A stretch of DNA of 64,000 nt from Deltaproteobacteria bacterium (GCA_029565915.1 JAKQNG010000204.1:8755-72754); one strand, 5' to 3'. Shown: positions 19,679 through 28,877, counted from the stretch's first letter. Program-made: numbers and translations. The notes: generated from the letters alone by a model not told the origin.

Positions 19679-20143
19679 ATGTCACACAACAAGCGTTCCC
19701 AGTTCCGCGTGCCCGAATCCCGGCTCATCACCGAGTTTTCGAAAAACACACCTTTCGCGTCGAGCATTGTCAACCTGAGCTTCGACGGGTTGTACACGGT
19801 CAAGCCCTGCGAAAGCCTGACGACACCCCGGGGTCTCATCCAGCTCGAAATCCCGGTGCCCGAGGCAAGCGAGTCCATCTGGGCCACCGGCGAAGTGCTG
19901 TACGAGCACCACGGCGCAAAATCCGTGGGAACGGGTATCCGCCTGCGGAACATGGCGCAGTTTCACCGCAACCTGCTGCGGGATCTGGTGGAAAGCGGTC
20001 GCCGACAGGTACTGGCGGACATGCTGCAGCAGATTCTGTGGCAGCGCCAGCTCGCCCAGTATCCTACGCTGTTCGATGCCCCGGCGCCGCCGGTGACCGA
20101 GCACACGGTGCCCATGTTCCGCCTCGCGGACCTGCACCCCTGA
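19679..20143 (+). CDS. PilZ-domain c-di-GMP-binding protein.
   Basis: RxxxR motif RSQFR and (D/N)xSxxG motif NLSFDG at the expected spacing. Confidence 0.75.
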   Translation: MSHNKRSQFRVPESRLITEFSKNTPFASSIVNLSFDGLYTVKPCESLTTPRGLIQLEIPVPEASESIWATGEVLYEHHGAKSVGTGIRLRNMAQFHRNLLRDLVESGRRQVLADMLQQILWQRQLAQYPTLFDAPAPPVTEHTVPMFRLADLHP

Positions 20144-20189
20144 TTTTCGCATTGACGGCGCAGGGGCCCGGGACCTAGGCTCCAGCGCC

Positions 20190-20735
20190 ATGAACCCGGC
20201 CCCTGCCATTGATGCCCGGTCCGCCCTCCTGCGGCGGGGCGGCACCAGCTTCGCCCTCGCCGCCGTGGCATTTGCCCGGGGAACCCGGAACTGGCATGCC
20301 CTGTCTGTATCGCTCACCCATCCGGCTGATGAAATTCGATCTGTCATCGAAGAACACCCCGGTGCGGGCGCCCTCGCCGCCGCCGCAGACAGGGCCTTTT
20401 CCGACAGCCCCGGCGAACTGCCGGACTGGCTCGACGCTCTGACGGACGACGGACTGGTCCGCCTCGGCGATCGCCTGGCACCCCTCTGGCCCCCTTCGGG
20501 CGGTGCCCCGCTGCGGGGACGGGACGGCGGCATCGCGTCCCTGGCCATCGCGTTCTGCCGGCGCATGGATCGCATCCGGGCCATGGGCGACCGGTTGCCT
20601 CCGGAGGATGCCCGACAGCTTCTGCGCCGGGCCCGGCTCGCGGCCGTCCAGGTGGAACCCGGCGCGCCGAGCGCCATGAAACGGCAGATCCGCTCGCTGG
20701 TGGAAGGCGGCAACCATGGGACGACTCATCCGTAA
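20190..20735 (+). CDS. Hypothetical protein (181 aa), Ala/Arg-rich, unknown function.
   Basis: Intact ORF between the PilZ and FliH-like genes. Its 3' end overlaps the next gene by 20 nt. Confidence 0.4.
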   Translation: MNPAPAIDARSALLRRGGTSFALAAVAFARGTRNWHALSVSLTHPADEIRSVIEEHPGAGALAAAADRAFSDSPGELPDWLDALTDDGLVRLGDRLAPLWPPSGGAPLRGRDGGIASLAIAFCRRMDRIRAMGDRLPPEDARQLLRRARLAAVQVEPGAPSAMKRQIRSLVEGGNHGTTHP

Positions 20736-21165
20736 AACCGACCTGCCCGTATCGCCGCCGCTGCTCTCCTGTCCGGACCCGGCCCTCCTGTTTCTCCTGG
20801 AGGCCCGGGCCGAAGGGGAACGGTTCATCGCGCAGGCGAAGGAGGACCTCGTGCAACTGGCCGTGACCATGGCCGGCCGGCTGGCGGGCACGACCCTGGC
20901 CCTCGATGCCGCGCAACGGGAATCCCTTTACAAAGACGCTGTCAAACGGGCAGGCGCCCGCTCCTGTGTACTGCGGGTCCATCCGCAGGATGCGACGTCG
21001 ACTTCGCTCTGCAACCGGGCAGAGGATGCGGGATTCGACGTCGTGGCGGACGAATCCCTCATACCGGGGGACTGCGTGGTGGACGCGGGCGGCGTGACGG
21101 TAGACCGGCGGTTGTCCGTCCTGTTGTCCGTCATGGAAGAGGCCCTGCGGCGGAGGCTGCCGTGA
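20716..21165 (+). CDS. FliH/YscL/HrpE-family-like protein (peripheral-stalk or ATPase-regulator homologue), orphan.
   Basis: The C-terminus CVLRVHPQDA...GFDVVADESLIPGDCVVDAGGVTVDRRLSVLLSVMEEAL parallels the FliH C-terminus (LRVHPDDL...GGC.V....G.LDASV). Confidence 0.5.
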   Translation: MGRLIRKTDLPVSPPLLSCPDPALLFLLEARAEGERFIAQAKEDLVQLAVTMAGRLAGTTLALDAAQRESLYKDAVKRAGARSCVLRVHPQDATSTSLCNRAEDAGFDVVADESLIPGDCVVDAGGVTVDRRLSVLLSVMEEALRRRLP

Positions 21166-22091
21166 CGCCGTCGGGAACCCGTCGCCCCTGGGTCAACGGG
21201 TTGCTCTTCGCGCTGACCGTGCTGTCGGTGTTCGGCGCCGGCGTGTTCCACCTGTCCGCCCGCACCATGGACGAGGCCCTCTGGAACGGCGTTGTCTTCG
21301 CCGCCTCGGTCATGGGCATCCTGTGCGCCCACGAAGCCGGACACTACCTGATGGCCAGGAAGAACCGGGTGGATGCATCCCTGCCCTATTTCATTCCCGT
21401 GCCGCCGTTCTTTTCCCTGTTCGGCACCCTCGGCGCCGTCATCGTGATGCGCGGCCGCATCCGCTCGCGGGACGCACTGATGGAGGTGGGCGCGGCGGGA
21501 CCTCTGGCGGGCATGGCGGTGGCGTTGCCCCTGCTGCTCGTCGGGCTGGCGCGCTGTCCGTTGATGAAGATTCCCGAGGCGGCATGGATGGAGGGCCAGT
21601 CCCTGTTGTACCTGGCGGCCAAATCCATGGTGGTGGGCCCCATCCCGCCCGGCTGGGACGTGGCCCTGGATCGCTCCCCCATGGCGTTCGCCGGCTGGTT
21701 CGGCATGCTGATCACCATGCTGAACCTGCTGCCCATCGGTCAGCTGGACGGCGGACACATCTTTTACGCCCTGTTCGGAGACCTCCACGAAAAAGTATCG
21801 CGGCTGTTCCACCGCCTCCTGTTCGCCTTCGGACTCGGCGTGGCAACCTTCTACGGGCTCGACGCCTACGGGCGGGGACTCGCGCCGGATGCCGTGGCGG
21901 AAGCGGCGATACCGGGTTTCAGCTGGATTTTCCTGGGGATCATCATGGCCGTCGCCTTCCGCAGGAAAGGATTTTCCCACCCTCCCACGGACGATCGGAT
22001 CCTGTCTCCGCGCGGCCGCGCAGTCGGCATCGCCTGCCTCGTCCTCTTTGCCGTTACGTTCATGCCCGTGGTCATGCGGCCGATCGTCTGA
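21162..22091 (+). CDS. Site-2 protease family (M50) intramembrane zinc metalloprotease.
   Basis: HEAGHYLMA (HExxH). NLLPIGQLDGGHIFY (LDG motif). Polytopic membrane protein. GTG start overlaps the upstream stop (GTGA). Confidence 0.8.
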   Translation: MTPSGTRRPWVNGLLFALTVLSVFGAGVFHLSARTMDEALWNGVVFAASVMGILCAHEAGHYLMARKNRVDASLPYFIPVPPFFSLFGTLGAVIVMRGRIRSRDALMEVGAAGPLAGMAVALPLLLVGLARCPLMKIPEAAWMEGQSLLYLAAKSMVVGPIPPGWDVALDRSPMAFAGWFGMLITMLNLLPIGQLDGGHIFYALFGDLHEKVSRLFHRLLFAFGLGVATFYGLDAYGRGLAPDAVAEAAIPGFSWIFLGIIMAVAFRRKGFSHPPTDDRILSPRGRAVGIACLVLFAVTFMPVVMRPIV

Positions 22092-22096
22092 AGGAA

Positions 22097-22690
22097 TTAT
22101 TCCGCCAGTGGCAGGTCGATGGCGCCGGCCGTGGCGTTGCGCAGCTCCTCCGCAATGACACCGTGTTGATCCCCGGGTACACGCAACTCGAATACGACGC
22201 CCGACTCCGTATAGATTTCAGAGCGAAGAGTGCTGCCCGTCCGGGAAATCAACCCGTGGACGATCCCGATTGTGTCAAACGGCGCGGTGAATGTCATGTC
22301 CACCAGGCAGATCAGCGGTTGCTTTTCCGCTGCCCGCAGGCAGGCCGACGCCGCTCCGGCATAGGCGCGCACCAGACCGCCCGCCCCCAGCTTGATGCCG
22401 CCGAAGTGCCGGATAACAAGCACCACCGCATTGTCCACACGTTGTCCTTCGATGGCGCTGAGAATCGGGCGCCCGGCGGTACCGCCCGGTTCGCCGTCAT
22501 CGCTGAACCGATATCGGGAACCCGTTCGAAACGCCCAGCAGTTGTGGGTGGCCTGCGGATCCCGTTCCGCTTCGATGAAGGCCAGGGCGGCATCCGGTGA
22601 ATCGACGGGTGCAGCGATGGCGATGAATCGACTCTTCTTTACTTCCGTTTCGACAACCGTCCTGTGCAGCAGCGCAAACAAGACGCTACG
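22097..22690 (-). CDS. IMPACT/YigZ family protein (UPF0029).
   Basis: VETEVKKSRFIAIAAPV...HNCWAFR...GEPGGTAGRPIL signatures. The true start is uncertain (non-ATG). The ORF-track 5' extension overlaps the upstream gene. Confidence 0.65.
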   Translation of the reverse strand, partial: RSVLFALLHRTVVETEVKKSRFIAIAAPVDSPDAALAFIEAERDPQATHNCWAFRTGSRYRFSDDGEPGGTAGRPILSAIEGQRVDNAVVLVIRHFGGIKLGAGGLVRAYAGAASACLRAAEKQPLICLVDMTFTAPFDTIGIVHGLISRTGSTLRSEIYTESGVVFELRVPGDQHGVIAEELRNATAGAIDLPLAE

Positions 22691-23312
22691 ACCGGGATTC
22701 CCGTTCCATGGTGTCCCCGTAGAATTTGATAAACGCCGTGAGATAGTGCCAGCCGGACAGCAGGCCCACACTGATGCCGGTGATGACCGACAGCATGCCG
22801 CCATTGACCAGCAACCACCCCGGCGTGATGCCGGCCACCTGCCAGTCTGCGGGCACGGCGCCGGGTCGTTGCAGAATGAATCCCAGAAATACGAGGAACA
22901 GGGCCCACTGGATGCATGCGGATTTCGCTTTGCCGATCCACGAGGAGGGGAGCTTGCCGCCGCGGCTGTAAACGTACGAGCGAATGACGGTGACGGTGAA
23001 TTCCCGGAACAGATAGATGAGCAGCCAGCCTACCCAGATGCCGCCGGACATGACGGCGATGAGCAGGCTGGTGGATTCAAAAACGAGATCGCCCAGCTGG
23101 TCGATGAGCGCCCCGAGCTCGGTCATCTGGTTCAGTTTCCGCGCCAGGATGCCGTCGAACAGGTCGGTGATGCCCGCAAAAATGCCAATGATCAAGGCCG
23201 TCACAGGCATGTCGAGGCCGAGCCAGAACACCGCCACCAGCGGAGTCGTCACCAGCCGCAGAATGGAAATGGTATTGGGTACGTTGAACAGATGCTTTAC
23301 AAAAAGGCGCAT
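22686..23312 (-). CDS. CDP-alcohol phosphatidyltransferase (PgsA-like).
   Basis: DGILARKLNQMTELGALIDQLGDL matches the D-G-x2-A-R-x8-G-x3-D-x3-D motif. Multiple TM segments. Confidence 0.75.
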   Translation of the reverse strand: MRLFVKHLFNVPNTISILRLVTTPLVAVFWLGLDMPVTALIIGIFAGITDLFDGILARKLNQMTELGALIDQLGDLVFESTSLLIAVMSGGIWVGWLLIYLFREFTVTVIRSYVYSRGGKLPSSWIGKAKSACIQWALFLVFLGFILQRPGAVPADWQVAGITPGWLLVNGGMLSVITGISVGLLSGWHYLTAFIKFYGDTMERESRS

Positions 23313-23316
23313 GGCA

Positions 23317-23766
23317 TCATTCCCTGCACATCTGATCGTCCGGGGACAGATCACTGTCCCCATCCGGCGTGTCACAGTCAGAGATTTCCGTCGCGTTCAA
23401 CACCGTATCGTCGGACGACGGCGGAACGGTAGCGACAAATGCCGCCACGGTCACCTGCAACGTCACGGCGCCAGCCGTCCGATCCGGTCGACCGTCCCGC
23501 AGGGGTGTCTGGGGTTGGTAGGCCACGTCACCGCCCAGTTCGCAGGCGGCTTTCTTCAACCATGCCAGACAGGGACCCGCCTCATACTCCGGACAATTCT
23601 TCAGGGATACAAGGCCCACATCCCGCCAGGGCCGATCCGGCGTGGCACCCGGCGGCAGAACGAGGATGTCGCAGTCCGCCTGTCTGGGCGGCAGGGAAGG
23701 TCCCATGCGGGAAAGGGAGACCGGAGAACAGGCGAAGCACAGGAAGGAAAGAAAAAGATATTTCAT
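23317..23766 (-). CDS. Small Cys-containing lipoprotein (149 aa).
   Basis: Lipobox LCFACS. ATGA overlap with the glmU stop. Confidence 0.5.
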   Translation of the reverse strand: MKYLFLSFLCFACSPVSLSRMGPSLPPRQADCDILVLPPGATPDRPWRDVGLVSLKNCPEYEAGPCLAWLKKAACELGGDVAYQPQTPLRDGRPDRTAGAVTLQVTVAAFVATVPPSSDDTVLNATEISDCDTPDGDSDLSPDDQMCRE

Positions 23767-25184
23767 TTTTTCTGTGCGTCCTTTTTCTGCCGTTCCTTTT
23801 CTGCCTTCAATCGCTCTTTCAGCAGCGAACCGTAACCTTCCTTGTTGGTCTGGCGCACGCGCGAAATGGCCAGGGCACCTGCCGGCACATCGGATACAAC
23901 AGTGGTCCCCGAGGCCACGTAGGCACCTTCGCCGACGGTGACCGGGGCCACGAGCTGGGAATCGGAGCCGACAAATACGTTGTCGCCGATGACGGTCTGA
24001 TGCTTGAGAAAGCCGTCGTAATTGCAGAAAATGCAGCCGGCGCCCAGATTCACGTTGTCGCCGATGAGTCCGTCCCCCAGATAGGCCAGATGATTTGCCT
24101 TGGCGCCTTCTCCCATGACAGTTTTTTTCAGCTCCACCCAGTTGCCGACCTTTGCTTTCTTCTTCAGGACCGCACCGGGCCGCAGGCGCGCCATGGGCCC
24201 GACTTCGGCCATGGGCCCGACCACCGCTTCGTCCAGCACGGAATAAGCGCGGATCACGGCGGCGTCTTCGATTGTGCTGTCCCGCAGGATGGCACCGGCC
24301 TCAATGGTACAGCCCCGCCCGATGCGGGTGTTTCCCAGCAGCCGGACCATGGGGCCGAGCACCGTGTCTTCGCCGATGCGGCAATGCGCTTCGATGGTGA
24401 CGGTTTCCGGCCGCTCGACAGTGACCCCCGCGCGCATCCACTGCTGAACGATCCGCCGCTGCTGCACTGCCGCCAGATGGGCCAGATCCACCCGATCATT
24501 GACGCCGGTCACTTCGTCCGGTTCCGCCTCCACGATGGCCACCTGCGATTTCTGCGCTGCGATGGCCACCAGATCGGTCAGATAGAATTCGCCCTGGGCG
24601 TTGGCACTTTTCAGCTTCTGCAGTGATCGGCGCGCAAAGGCCGCGTCCATGAGGTAGATGCCGGAATTGACGAGACCGATACGGCGCTGGGCCGGCGTGC
24701 AATCCCGGTGTTCAACGATGGCGCAGACCTGTCCGTCCGTTTCGATGACCCGCCCGTAGCCCGTCGGATCCGCCGGGCGAAAGGCAATAAAGGCCAACGG
24801 CCCTTTTACGCGTCGCCATTCTTTTGCAAGTCGCGCCACGGTATTTTTCTGCAGCAGGGGAACATCCCCGTAAAGGATCAGCAGCGGGCCTTCGGTTCCC
24901 TTCAGGGCGGGCAGTGCACTCATTACCGCATGGCCGGTGCCGAGCTGCTGTTCCTGATGGGCAAACTGCACGTTCTGAAATCCCGCGCCGCCAACCGCCG
25001 ATTCCACGTCTTCACGTTGATGCCCCACCACCACCACGGTGCGACTGCTCCCGAGGTCGGCGGCCAGTTGGAGCGGATAGTGGATGAGCGGCTGCCCGCA
25101 TAGGGGATGAAGCACCTTGGCCGTGGCCGATTTCATCCGGGTACCTTTGCCGGCGGCCAGTACAATAGTGGCAACGTCTTTCAT
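23763..25184 (-). CDS. glmU: Bifunctional GlmU (UDP-GlcNAc pyrophosphorylase / GlcN-1-P acetyltransferase).
   Basis: IVLAAGKGTRMKS nucleotidyltransferase motif. C-terminal left-handed beta-helix hexapeptide repeats. RBS AAGGA. Confidence 0.9.
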   Translation of the reverse strand: MKDVATIVLAAGKGTRMKSATAKVLHPLCGQPLIHYPLQLAADLGSSRTVVVVGHQREDVESAVGGAGFQNVQFAHQEQQLGTGHAVMSALPALKGTEGPLLILYGDVPLLQKNTVARLAKEWRRVKGPLAFIAFRPADPTGYGRVIETDGQVCAIVEHRDCTPAQRRIGLVNSGIYLMDAAFARRSLQKLKSANAQGEFYLTDLVAIAAQKSQVAIVEAEPDEVTGVNDRVDLAHLAAVQQRRIVQQWMRAGVTVERPETVTIEAHCRIGEDTVLGPMVRLLGNTRIGRGCTIEAGAILRDSTIEDAAVIRAYSVLDEAVVGPMAEVGPMARLRPGAVLKKKAKVGNWVELKKTVMGEGAKANHLAYLGDGLIGDNVNLGAGCIFCNYDGFLKHQTVIGDNVFVGSDSQLVAPVTVGEGAYVASGTTVVSDVPAGALAISRVRQTNKEGYGSLLKERLKAEKERQKKDAQKK

Positions 25185-25193
25185 GAACAGTCC

Positions 25194-26816
25194 TTACAGC
25201 GTTGGTTCGGTTTCCACGAGGCCCTTCAGGATATCCCGCAGGGCCTGCATGTCGAAGGGTTTCTGGATGAATGCGTCAGCGCCCAGAGACAGGAGCTGGT
25301 CGGCCTTTTCTTCCTTGCTGTACCCCGAGGACAGCAGGATGGGCAGATCCGGCGCGATTTCCCGCAGGCGGACAAAGGTTTCGGGACCGTCCATCACAGG
25401 CATGATGAGGTCGAGGATGACCACGGAAATCTGATCCGGATGCTCGCCGTAGAGGCGCAGCGCCTCCCGGCCGTCCCTGGCCAGCAGCACACCGTAGCCC
25501 ATTTTTTCCAGCACGCGGCGACCGGCGAGGCGGATCATTTCTTCGTCGTCCACGAGCATCACCGTTGCGATCCGGGCAATGGACGGGGTTTTCCGCTCGT
25601 TGCCCCCGCTGCTGTCGCTGCGGGTGTTCGTGTCCGCCAGGGGCAGCATCATGGTCACCGTCGTTCCTCTGTTGACACGGCTCTCCAGCAGCACGTCTCC
25701 GCCGTGATTTTTCACGGTGCCGTACACCATGGGAAGACCAAGGCCCGAGGCCTCTCCCATCGGCTTGGTGGTAAAGAACGGCTCGAAGGCCATGGCGGCG
25801 ACTTCCGGTTCCATGCCCCGTCCCGTGTCGCTGACCGCGATCACCGCGTATTCGCCCTTTTCCAGTTCCCGCAAATCCGTGGATTCGTCGTAGCTCTCAT
25901 ACACGCGTTCCGTGGTGACTTCCACGGTCAGCACGCCGCTGTCGCCCATGGAATCCACCGCGTTCAGGCACAGGTTCATGACGGCGTGGTGAATCTGGGT
26001 CGGGTCGCCGTGAATTTCGAGGGGCGCATCGGTCAACCGCGTGACGATGGCAATTTTTTTAGGAATCGAATGTTTGAGGAGGTTCAGCACGTCTTCGATG
26101 ACCGTGTTGACGCAGAAGGTTTCGCGCCGGAACTTTCCCTTTCGCGCAAAGCCCAGCAGATTGAGCATGAGCGTCCGCCCCTTGCGGCAGGCCTTCATGA
26201 TCTGGTCCAGATCGTCGGCGGCCGGACTTCCCGGATGCACTTCCGCCTGCAGTACCGAAGCGAATCCCATGATGGCGCCCAGGGTATTGTTCATGTCATG
26301 GGCGACGCCGCCGGCCAGCCGACCCAGGGATTCCATTTTCTGGGACTGACGCAACTGCTGTTCCACCGTGCGGTTTTTCTTCTTGTCCTCAATGTCCTGC
26401 AGGAAGGCCACCACGGCGCTGTCTCCGTTCCAGGTGATTGTGGTCAGGGCCGCATTGAACCAGCGCCGACGCCGCTCCACCGGCGCCATGTGAATATCGA
26501 TGATGAGCTGTTCGCCCGCCTTTCTGCGGGGCCGCGTGAACCAGCAGCGGATCTGTTCCCGGCACCGCTCCTCCAGCAGGTCGCAGAGAAGCGCGCCCAT
26601 GAACTCCTCGGTGGTCGCCTCAAAACAGGCGCAGAGCGCGCCATTGGCCCAGATGATGCGCTCGTCGCGCAGAATGAAGACGGGACACCGGACCATTTCG
26701 AGAAGAGGAATATCCCGGCCGGACAGGGCGAGGCCCGGAAGAAAATTGTTTTCGTCGTCGGTGAATTGTCCCGCCGTGCCTGTTTGATCGGAAACCATGC
26801 CGGGTGTGCCTGTCAT
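25194..26816 (-). CDS. Hybrid sensor histidine kinase (PAS - HisKA - HATPase - REC).
   Basis: H-box GGVAHDMNNTL. HATPase G-boxes (DTGRGM, GLGLPMV). C-terminal receiver (MLVDDEEM...ILDLIMP). The stop lies 9 nt upstream of the glmU RBS/ATG. Confidence 0.85.
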   Translation of the reverse strand: MTGTPGMVSDQTGTAGQFTDDENNFLPGLALSGRDIPLLEMVRCPVFILRDERIIWANGALCACFEATTEEFMGALLCDLLEERCREQIRCWFTRPRRKAGEQLIIDIHMAPVERRRRWFNAALTTITWNGDSAVVAFLQDIEDKKKNRTVEQQLRQSQKMESLGRLAGGVAHDMNNTLGAIMGFASVLQAEVHPGSPAADDLDQIMKACRKGRTLMLNLLGFARKGKFRRETFCVNTVIEDVLNLLKHSIPKKIAIVTRLTDAPLEIHGDPTQIHHAVMNLCLNAVDSMGDSGVLTVEVTTERVYESYDESTDLRELEKGEYAVIAVSDTGRGMEPEVAAMAFEPFFTTKPMGEASGLGLPMVYGTVKNHGGDVLLESRVNRGTTVTMMLPLADTNTRSDSSGGNERKTPSIARIATVMLVDDEEMIRLAGRRVLEKMGYGVLLARDGREALRLYGEHPDQISVVILDLIMPVMDGPETFVRLREIAPDLPILLSSGYSKEEKADQLLSLGADAFIQKPFDMQALRDILKGLVETEPTL

Positions 26817-26990
26817 CGCTGCGTACGCGTTTCAGGTCTGTCCTGCTTTACCACAACGTATCGGGGTAGTCTATTTCCGCCAATTCGCCCCGCGGAAAAA
26901 TCCCGGGAACCCGGACGCCCTTCCCGCTGTCCATTTCTGCAGAAGCCACGGCACACAACCCGTGGAAAATCGACAACAGGGAGGTCGGCC

Positions 26991-28394
26991 ATGACACTGC
27001 ATGAATGGATGCGGAAATGCTCCGGTGCGCCTGGAGAACACCTGGAACCCAGCGCGGAAGTGCGCGTATTCTGGCGGGATACCTGCCTGCAGGTGGATCC
27101 TCTGCCCGTGAAGGATGGTGCCATCTACCACATCGGTGAGGACCCCGGGTGTGCGTGTCTGCTGCCGGCGGACATGCTCGGCGGACGGCCTTCGTTTCCA
27201 CTGCTGACCGTGGAAGGCGGACGCGCCGTACTGCAGGTGCCGGAGGCCGGATTTCTGGAAACCTGTCGCGCAGGCACCTCCCGGATGGCGCAGATCCCGG
27301 AGCGCCGTGTGACAGTGGATCCGGATATCCTGTACACCGTTTGCCTCGATCCCTGGTTCTTTCAGATTTCCCTCGGCACCCTGCCCGGCCGGCCTCCGGG
27401 CCCACCTGTCCCCTTCGCGCCCCTGCGATGGACCGCTCTGTCTCTTGCGGCCCACGCGGCTTTCTTTCTCGTGCTGGCAATGGTTCCGCCCGATGCGGCG
27501 GGCATGAACCTGAACGATACGCTGCAGCACAACCGGTTTTCGCGGTACATGATTCCGGCGGCTGCCGCGCCGCGGTCAGACGAAACCCGCATCGACCTGC
27601 GGGATCAGAGCGGAAAGCCCGGTGGTGCACCGGCCCCGGGACCGTCAGGCCGGATGGGCAACGCCCGCAGCCCGAAAACGTCCATCCGGATGCCATCGCC
27701 GCAGGAACGGAATCTGAAACCGTTCAGCATTTCGCGGGATGTGTCGAGGGAAGCAGCGTCCCGTGCCGGGATCATTTCGTTCATGACCGGTGCGCAGGCG
27801 TCCCTGTTTCCACAGGACGCCATGACGGGCATCAGCCCCGAAAGTGCGCTGTCCTATCTTGTCACCGGAGGAAATGTCGACGGATCCGGATACGATGGAC
27901 TGAGCATCCGGGGCACCGGGCGCGGCGGCGGCGGCGATCCGGACGGTGTGATCGGTGTGCACATCGGCCGGATTCCCGGTGACGGAAGAGGGGGCAACTG
28001 CACGGGTGGGCGCTGCGGCTCTCCGGCGCCCGGGGATCTGAGTGGGCACCGTCGGATGACCGATCCCGTTACACCGGGAAATGCGGTGCTGGTGGGTTCC
28101 CTGTCCCGGGAAACCATCCGCCGCCACATTCAGCGCCGCATGAATGAAGTGCGCTACTGCTACGAAGCGGGGTTGAAGAAGAATCCCGGCCTGTCGGGTC
28201 GTATCAGCGTGTTTTTCACCATCGATATGAACGGCATCGTGACGCGCTCCGAAGTCCGGGAAAACTCCCTGACAGGTCAGGACGTGGCGCAGTGCATTGC
28301 CAGGGTGGTACAGCACATCCGCTTTCCGCCGCCTCCGGATCGGGGCACTGTCGCGGTCACCTACCCGTTTTCGCTGATTCAGACGGACAATTGA
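26991..28394 (+). CDS. AgmX/PglI-type C-terminal (TonB-C-like) domain protein with a Pro/Gly-rich central region.
   Basis: RBS GGGAGG. C-terminal ETIRRHIQRRMNEVRYCYEAGLKKNPGLSGRISVFFTIDMNGIVTRSEV...GTVAVTYPFSLIQ. One TM helix (LSLAAHAAFFLVLAMV). Confidence 0.6.
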   Translation: MTLHEWMRKCSGAPGEHLEPSAEVRVFWRDTCLQVDPLPVKDGAIYHIGEDPGCACLLPADMLGGRPSFPLLTVEGGRAVLQVPEAGFLETCRAGTSRMAQIPERRVTVDPDILYTVCLDPWFFQISLGTLPGRPPGPPVPFAPLRWTALSLAAHAAFFLVLAMVPPDAAGMNLNDTLQHNRFSRYMIPAAAAPRSDETRIDLRDQSGKPGGAPAPGPSGRMGNARSPKTSIRMPSPQERNLKPFSISRDVSREAASRAGIISFMTGAQASLFPQDAMTGISPESALSYLVTGGNVDGSGYDGLSIRGTGRGGGGDPDGVIGVHIGRIPGDGRGGNCTGGRCGSPAPGDLSGHRRMTDPVTPGNAVLVGSLSRETIRRHIQRRMNEVRYCYEAGLKKNPGLSGRISVFFTIDMNGIVTRSEVRENSLTGQDVAQCIARVVQHIRFPPPPDRGTVAVTYPFSLIQTDN

Positions 28395-28409
28395 AGAAAC
28401 CGGAGCGGA

Positions 28410-28745
28410 TCAGAAACGCGGGCGGATGGCCTTGCGGCGACGGCGGGCGGCTTCCCGGCGCTTGATGCGTTTGACTTCACTGGGCTTGAAATAGTGGCGG
28501 CGGTTTTTCAACTCGCGCAGAATGCCTTCCCGGGCCAGTCGGTTCTTCAGCTGGCGGATGGCCTGTTCCACCTTGTTGTCGCGGACCTGAACCTCCAGAG
28601 GTCGACAGAGAACGGCTTCCCCGACCGTGCTTCGCCGCGGACGACGCCGCTCGTCCCGATCGCGGTAGTCGTCACCGTCGGAATAGTCATTGTGCATTTC
28701 GTTGCGATCATCTGTCGTCGAGTCGAAACCCTCGTCCATCATCAT
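28410..28745 (-). CDS. rpsU: 30S ribosomal protein S21 with an acidic N-terminal extension.
   Basis: The core LEVQVRDNKVEQAIRQLKNRLAREGILRELKNRRHYFKPSEVKRIKRREAARRRRK aligns with S21. RBS GGAGGA is 8 nt before the ATG at 28745. The extension is MMMDEGFDSTTDDRNEMHNDYSDGDDYRDRDE... Confidence 0.7.
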   Translation of the reverse strand: MMMDEGFDSTTDDRNEMHNDYSDGDDYRDRDERRRPRRSTVGEAVLCRPLEVQVRDNKVEQAIRQLKNRLAREGILRELKNRRHYFKPSEVKRIKRREAARRRRKAIRPRF

Positions 28746-28877
28746 TCTACTTTCCTCCATCGGAAACAGGTTGTCCTGCCCGGGGGCAGGAGAGTGAGCA
28801 CCATAATCGGCAGATCCCCGGTTGGCAAGTGATTTCTCTTTTGAAAAACGGGTGCCGGTGGATCACTGAACAGAAGG

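Noticed and set aside
19682-20713. 343-aa minus-strand ORF overlapping the PilZ and the 20190 genes.
   Set aside because: Ala/Arg-rich antisense artefact. The + strand genes have a promoter, an RBS and PilZ motifs.
25107-26990. N-terminal 630 aa of the 1095-aa + strand ORF 25107..28394.
   Set aside because: Antisense to the hybrid kinase. Only the C-terminal part, from the ATG at 26991 with a GGGAGG RBS, is coding (AgmX-like protein).
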